DNA of 64,000 nt from an uncultured Thermodesulfobacteriota bacterium (GTDB lineage: Bacteria > Desulfobacterota > GWC2-55-46 > JADFVP01), in contig CAZMKZ010000004.1 in assembly GCA_964567185.1 (NCBI GenBank), positions 342 through 64,341 of the forward strand. Reading direction: 5' to 3'. The translations under genes were made by a program, and so were the position numbers. The notes under the pieces were generated by a model. The model had not been told where the DNA came from. It did not search any database and worked only from the letters and a program-made list of their open reading frames with translations. This document shows positions 61,172-64,000 of the stretch, piece by piece (position 1 is the first letter of the stretch; each line of letters begins with the position of its first letter).

Positions 61172-64000
61172 GGTCCTTGCCCCTCTTGTCTTTATTGTTG
61201 AGCATCTTTGAGCTGTCTTTGATTATTTTAGAGCTGTCCTTGATTATCTTTATGGGCGAGGTAATAAGCCGCTCCATCTTGCCTAATATGCCCTTCTGGA
61301 TGTTCTTTATACGCGCCGGTTCTACTGCCGGTTTTTTAAGGGGGCCCTTGACGGAGTAGTAGAGGCTTACGGAGCTTTTCTCCTCGCCGCCTATTATCCA
61401 CCCCACAAGCGGTATGTTGGTGACGACCTTGTCTATGGTGACAAAGGGGTGTACGCCCATGGTGGCGTCTATTGTGCCCTCGGCCATATCAACGTCCATA
61501 ACCGCGGACATCCGCATGGAATCGCTGGCAAAGAGAAGGTTATCCGTTGAAAGCACCCCGTCCTTGATGGCAAAGTCACCTGTCAACGCCCTGTAAGGCA
61601 GTCCTTTTTTAAAGAGCTCGTCTATGGAGATTATATTCACTATGGAGAAAATCTTGCTTATGACGCGGAACTTCCACATGCGTCCCCTCTCTGCCTTGAC
61701 GTAAGCCTTGCCGTTAAGGCAACGGGCAAAGGGCGTGCGGCCGCGCTCGCATCTTACCTCGATATTCCCGTTAAGGGTTCCAGTGAGTATCTCTTTTTTT
61801 GTGCCGAGGCGGGCGAGCAGTTCTTTAAGATGAATACCCGTGAGGCTGGCCGAGCCCTCAAAAAGGCGGGGGCTTTTCTCGCCTCTGTAAAATACGGTCT
61901 TGCCGCTTACGGTCCCGCCCTTTGTGATAAAGACGATAGGGTCGATGCTTATGGACTCAGGGCGTAACTGAACCAGGCCCTTTAAGTCCCGTACCTCCTC
62001 ACCAAATACGCTCCCCGTGCTTACGCTTATCTTTCCCGAGCCGGTGAATCTATCAGAGCGCCTCTTGCCGGACGTACCTCCAAGGCCCATGGCGTGGACC
62101 TTGTCAAGCCACTTTGCGGGGGCCATCGCACCATCGCCCCATATATCCGACGTCTCAAGCCTCTTTGATGTGAGGTTAAACTTCATCACGCCCTTTGATA
62201 TGGAGCTTATATCAAGGGAGCCGTGGAGGTCGCTATTCCCCATCCTTATCTCAGGGAAGCGTAGCTTGGCCTTGTCGCCGTCAAAATCGAGAAAGAGATC
62301 AAGGGTCTTGAAGGGCTCATGTGTCAGCGGAGTGGCAAAAGAGCCCTTTTTCACAGAGATGAGTCCGCTGTATCTCGGCCTTAGCCCCCCCCGGCCTCTT
62401 GTGGCTTTCAGTATAATGTTAAGCACGCCTGCCGTGTCGGCCCTCTTTACGATAAGTGGGGTTATATCGGCAAGGTCATATAACCGGGCCTTTTTCGTAT
62501 CGATAAAGATGCTGTACGGCCCCTCTCCCTTATGCCCACGGGTGAAGCTCCCCTTCATGTCGAGGGTCGTGGCCTTCGTGCTTAAGGCGGCCTTTTTTAT
62601 CTCCACCGAGCCCCCTTTAAGAAGAAGCTCCGTACTCATGGAAAGGGGCACGCCGGCGTCTTTTTTTATGAGCTTTTTGTACTCCATGCCGGTGGCGCCA
62701 AGGTCTATATCGGCCTTTACGTTTAGGGCCTTAACAGCGCCGGATATCGTCGAGCTGAAGGAGAGGGGGTCATCAAGGACCAGGCTCTCAAGGGCCGTTC
62801 CCGATGTAAAGGCCGAGAGCGTGGCCCCATAGACACTGCCTTTTGTCTTAAGGTGGAAGTAGGGATTCTCGCCGGTATAGTCCCTTACATAGCCCCCTAC
62901 CTTGAATAGAGAGTTGGCGCCGTCCCTTAAGGAGAGGTCCGTGAAGGTAAAACGGCGGTTATCAACGTCGATATTTCCATCCAGAGATGTAAAGGAGAGG
63001 GGAAAGCCCTCGTAGCGGAAGGTGGCGCCCTTAAGACCGAGGTTTACGGAAAACCACGCGCTGTCCTCTACATCTATCTTGCCCTTGAGGTCGAACTTTA
63101 CGCGCGTGTCACCTGTTGCGGATATGCGGCGGAGCTGTTTTTTTACGGACTCTCCGCTGTCTCTGAAAAGCCTTATGGTCATGGCGATGGCCCTGCCCGC
63201 GTCCATGCGCCCGAGGAGAGAGAGCTCGTATGACGTGGGTTGACGCAGGGAGTGAAGGTCTTTCATATTGTAAGAGAGCCTGTTTATGAACCCGGAGCCA
63301 ATCTTCGCGGAGAGGTCGTGAAAGACAATGGAGTCGCCCGTAAAGAGCATGCCCCCGTTGAGGTTGTCAACCAGCTCAGCTCCCAGAATGCGGTGCCGGA
63401 ATTTCAACCCCTCAAGGCCGGCCTCGAGGCGTATGGACCCCTGGCGTGAGAAGGCCGTGGAATCGCGGAGCTCCTTTACGGTGGTCTTAAGGGTAAAGTC
63501 CTTTACCGAGACCGCCCCGCCAAGGGGGGTCATTTCATTTATCCACGCGAGGTCCTTGTCGCTAAATACCCTGTCAAGCACAAGGGCCTTTACGTCTTTC
63601 ATGGGGATGGGCGTGGACTTTATATCAAGGTCAAGCGCAAGGTCCTCTGCCTGCGTTCTCCGGCCCTTTAAATTCATGGAGCCGCTTACGGTAAAATCAT
63701 CCATGGCGAGACTCGCCTTGCTTACCTTCAGGGTAAGGTCATTTTCTTTGAGTCTCAAGGAGATAGAGGCACTGCCGGATGGCGAGTGCAGGGGGCCCGG
63801 CGCCAGAGACGGCTCGTTGATGGTAACGTCCTTGTAGTTTACGGGGCCGCTGGCCTTGATACCATTCCCAGTGGTAAAGGCAATGTCTCCTGATACGCGC
63901 CCCTTCATGGCGGGCCTTTTGACATAGGCGGAGAGTGTGGCAAGATCGAGGTCCTCTACCATTGCCCGGCCCCTTATCCCGATTTGCCCACCCTCTTTTT
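61161..64000 (-). CDS. YhdP/AsmA-like giant envelope protein (N-terminus outside window)
   Basis: The frame stays open beyond the first Met (63962) to the window edge. Long beta-rich repetitive sequence of AsmA/DUF3971 type. C-terminal region PLVGWIIGGEEKSSVSLYYSVKGPLKKPAVEP is typical of this family. Confidence 0.7.
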   Translation of the reverse strand, partial: KEGGQIGIRGRAMVEDLDLATLSAYVKRPAMKGRVSGDIAFTTGNGIKASGPVNYKDVTINEPSLAPGPLHSPSGSASISLRLKENDLTLKVSKASLAMDDFTVSGSMNLKGRRTQAEDLALDLDIKSTPIPMKDVKALVLDRVFSDKDLAWINEMTPLGGAVSVKDFTLKTTVKELRDSTAFSRQGSIRLEAGLEGLKFRHRILGAELVDNLNGGMLFTGDSIVFHDLSAKIGSGFINRLSYNMKDLHSLRQPTSYELSLLGRMDAGRAIAMTIRLFRDSGESVKKQLRRISATGDTRVKFDLKGKIDVEDSAWFSVNLGLKGATFRYEGFPLSFTSLDGNIDVDNRRFTFTDLSLRDGANSLFKVGGYVRDYTGENPYFHLKTKGSVYGATLSAFTSGTALESLVLDDPLSFSSTISGAVKALNVKADIDLGATGMEYKKLIKKDAGVPLSMSTELLLKGGSVEIKKAALSTKATTLDMKGSFTRGHKGEGPYSIFIDTKKARLYDLADITPLIVKRADTAGVLNIILKATRGRGGLRPRYSGLISVKKGSFATPLTHEPFKTLDLFLDFDGDKAKLRFPEIRMGNSDLHGSLDISSISKGVMKFNLTSKRLETSDIWGDGAMAPAKWLDKVHAMGLGGTSGKRRSDRFTGSGKISVSTGSVFGEEVRDLKGLVQLRPESISIDPIVFITKGGTVSGKTVFYRGEKSPRLFEGSASLTGIHLKELLARLGTKKEILTGTLNGNIEVRCERGRTPFARCLNGKAYVKAERGRMWKFRVISKIFSIVNIISIDELFKKGLPYRALTGDFAIKDGVLSTDNLLFASDSMRMSAVMDVDMAEGTIDATMGVHPFVTIDKVVTNIPLVGWIIGGEEKSSVSLYYSVKGPLKKPAVEPARIKNIQKGILGKMERLITSPIKIIKDSSKIIKDSSKMLNNKDKRGKDHDQ
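61210..61251. repeat. 21-nt tandem duplication encoding KIIKDSS-KIIKDSS at the C-terminus of the YhdP-like protein
   Basis: GAGCTGTCTTTGATTATTTTA / GAGCTGTCCTTGATTATCTTT in direct tandem. Confidence 0.85.

Noticed and set aside
1-64000. Scan for tRNA/rRNA genes, CRISPR arrays, transposases, integrases, phage genes
   Set aside because: None of the intergenic spacers shows tRNA-like T-arm/acceptor features or short-repeat arrays. No ORF translation resembles DDE/tyrosine/serine recombinases or phage structural proteins. This was by-eye inspection only, so small or degenerate elements could have been missed.

Overview
This is a densely coding 64-kb chromosomal segment with about 60 protein genes on both strands. 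It looks like a diderm, probably anaerobic bacterium, based on LapA/LapB, a YhdP/AsmA-like protein, an OprB-type porin, PerR-AhpC and the oxygen-independent cbi pathway. I recognised no rRNA, tRNA, CRISPR array, transposase or integrase. Landmarks in order: (1) a 5'-truncated TatD-radical-SAM fusion and hsp20; (2) a DUF4350 / ResB-like / CaCA string; (3) a fused MFS-spermidine-synthase-like protein; (4) a YhaM-like nuclease and an epimerase; (5) a YjeF_N - SDR - GH15 module; (6) a ~13.3-kb minus-strand gene string at 14.6-27.9 kb, headed by a promoter, a cobalamin riboswitch and an attenuator terminator. That string contains a cbiX/cbiC fusion, cbiM (with an extension), cbiQ, cbiO, an OprB-like porin, a 57-codon cbtB missing from the ORF track, a 144-aa membrane protein, cbiD, cbiET, cbiL, cbiF, a VanZ-like gene, a creatininase-like gene, cbiG and cbiH. 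Continuing: (7) a trmJ-like methyltransferase, a group-2-like sigma factor and perR-ahpC; (8) ogt and an M23 peptidase; (9) an NPP-type phosphodiesterase and an HD-GYP response regulator that share an upstream motif; (10) a ChaN-like lipoprotein and citrate synthase; (11) rdgB-rph-amidase; (12) an SBBP-repeat secreted protein; (13) nadD-rsfS-rlmH; (14) a lapA/lapB fusion; (15) gpmI, a LysW-like zinc ribbon and deoB; (16) a Moco-riboswitch-like leader in front of modABC plus a CDF transporter; (17) a LonB/LonC-like protease, queE and ccsA; (18) a repeat-rich, visibly A+T-richer islet with methyltransferases; (19) the 3' part of a YhdP-like envelope protein that runs off the window. The best candidate for something not yet described is the set of non-canonical genes embedded in the riboswitch-controlled cobalt/corrin string: the porin, CbtB with a non-CbtA partner, and the VanZ-like plus creatininase-like pair. 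All calls come from reading the sequence and translations by eye. No database or covariance-model search was run, so family names are recognition-level calls.
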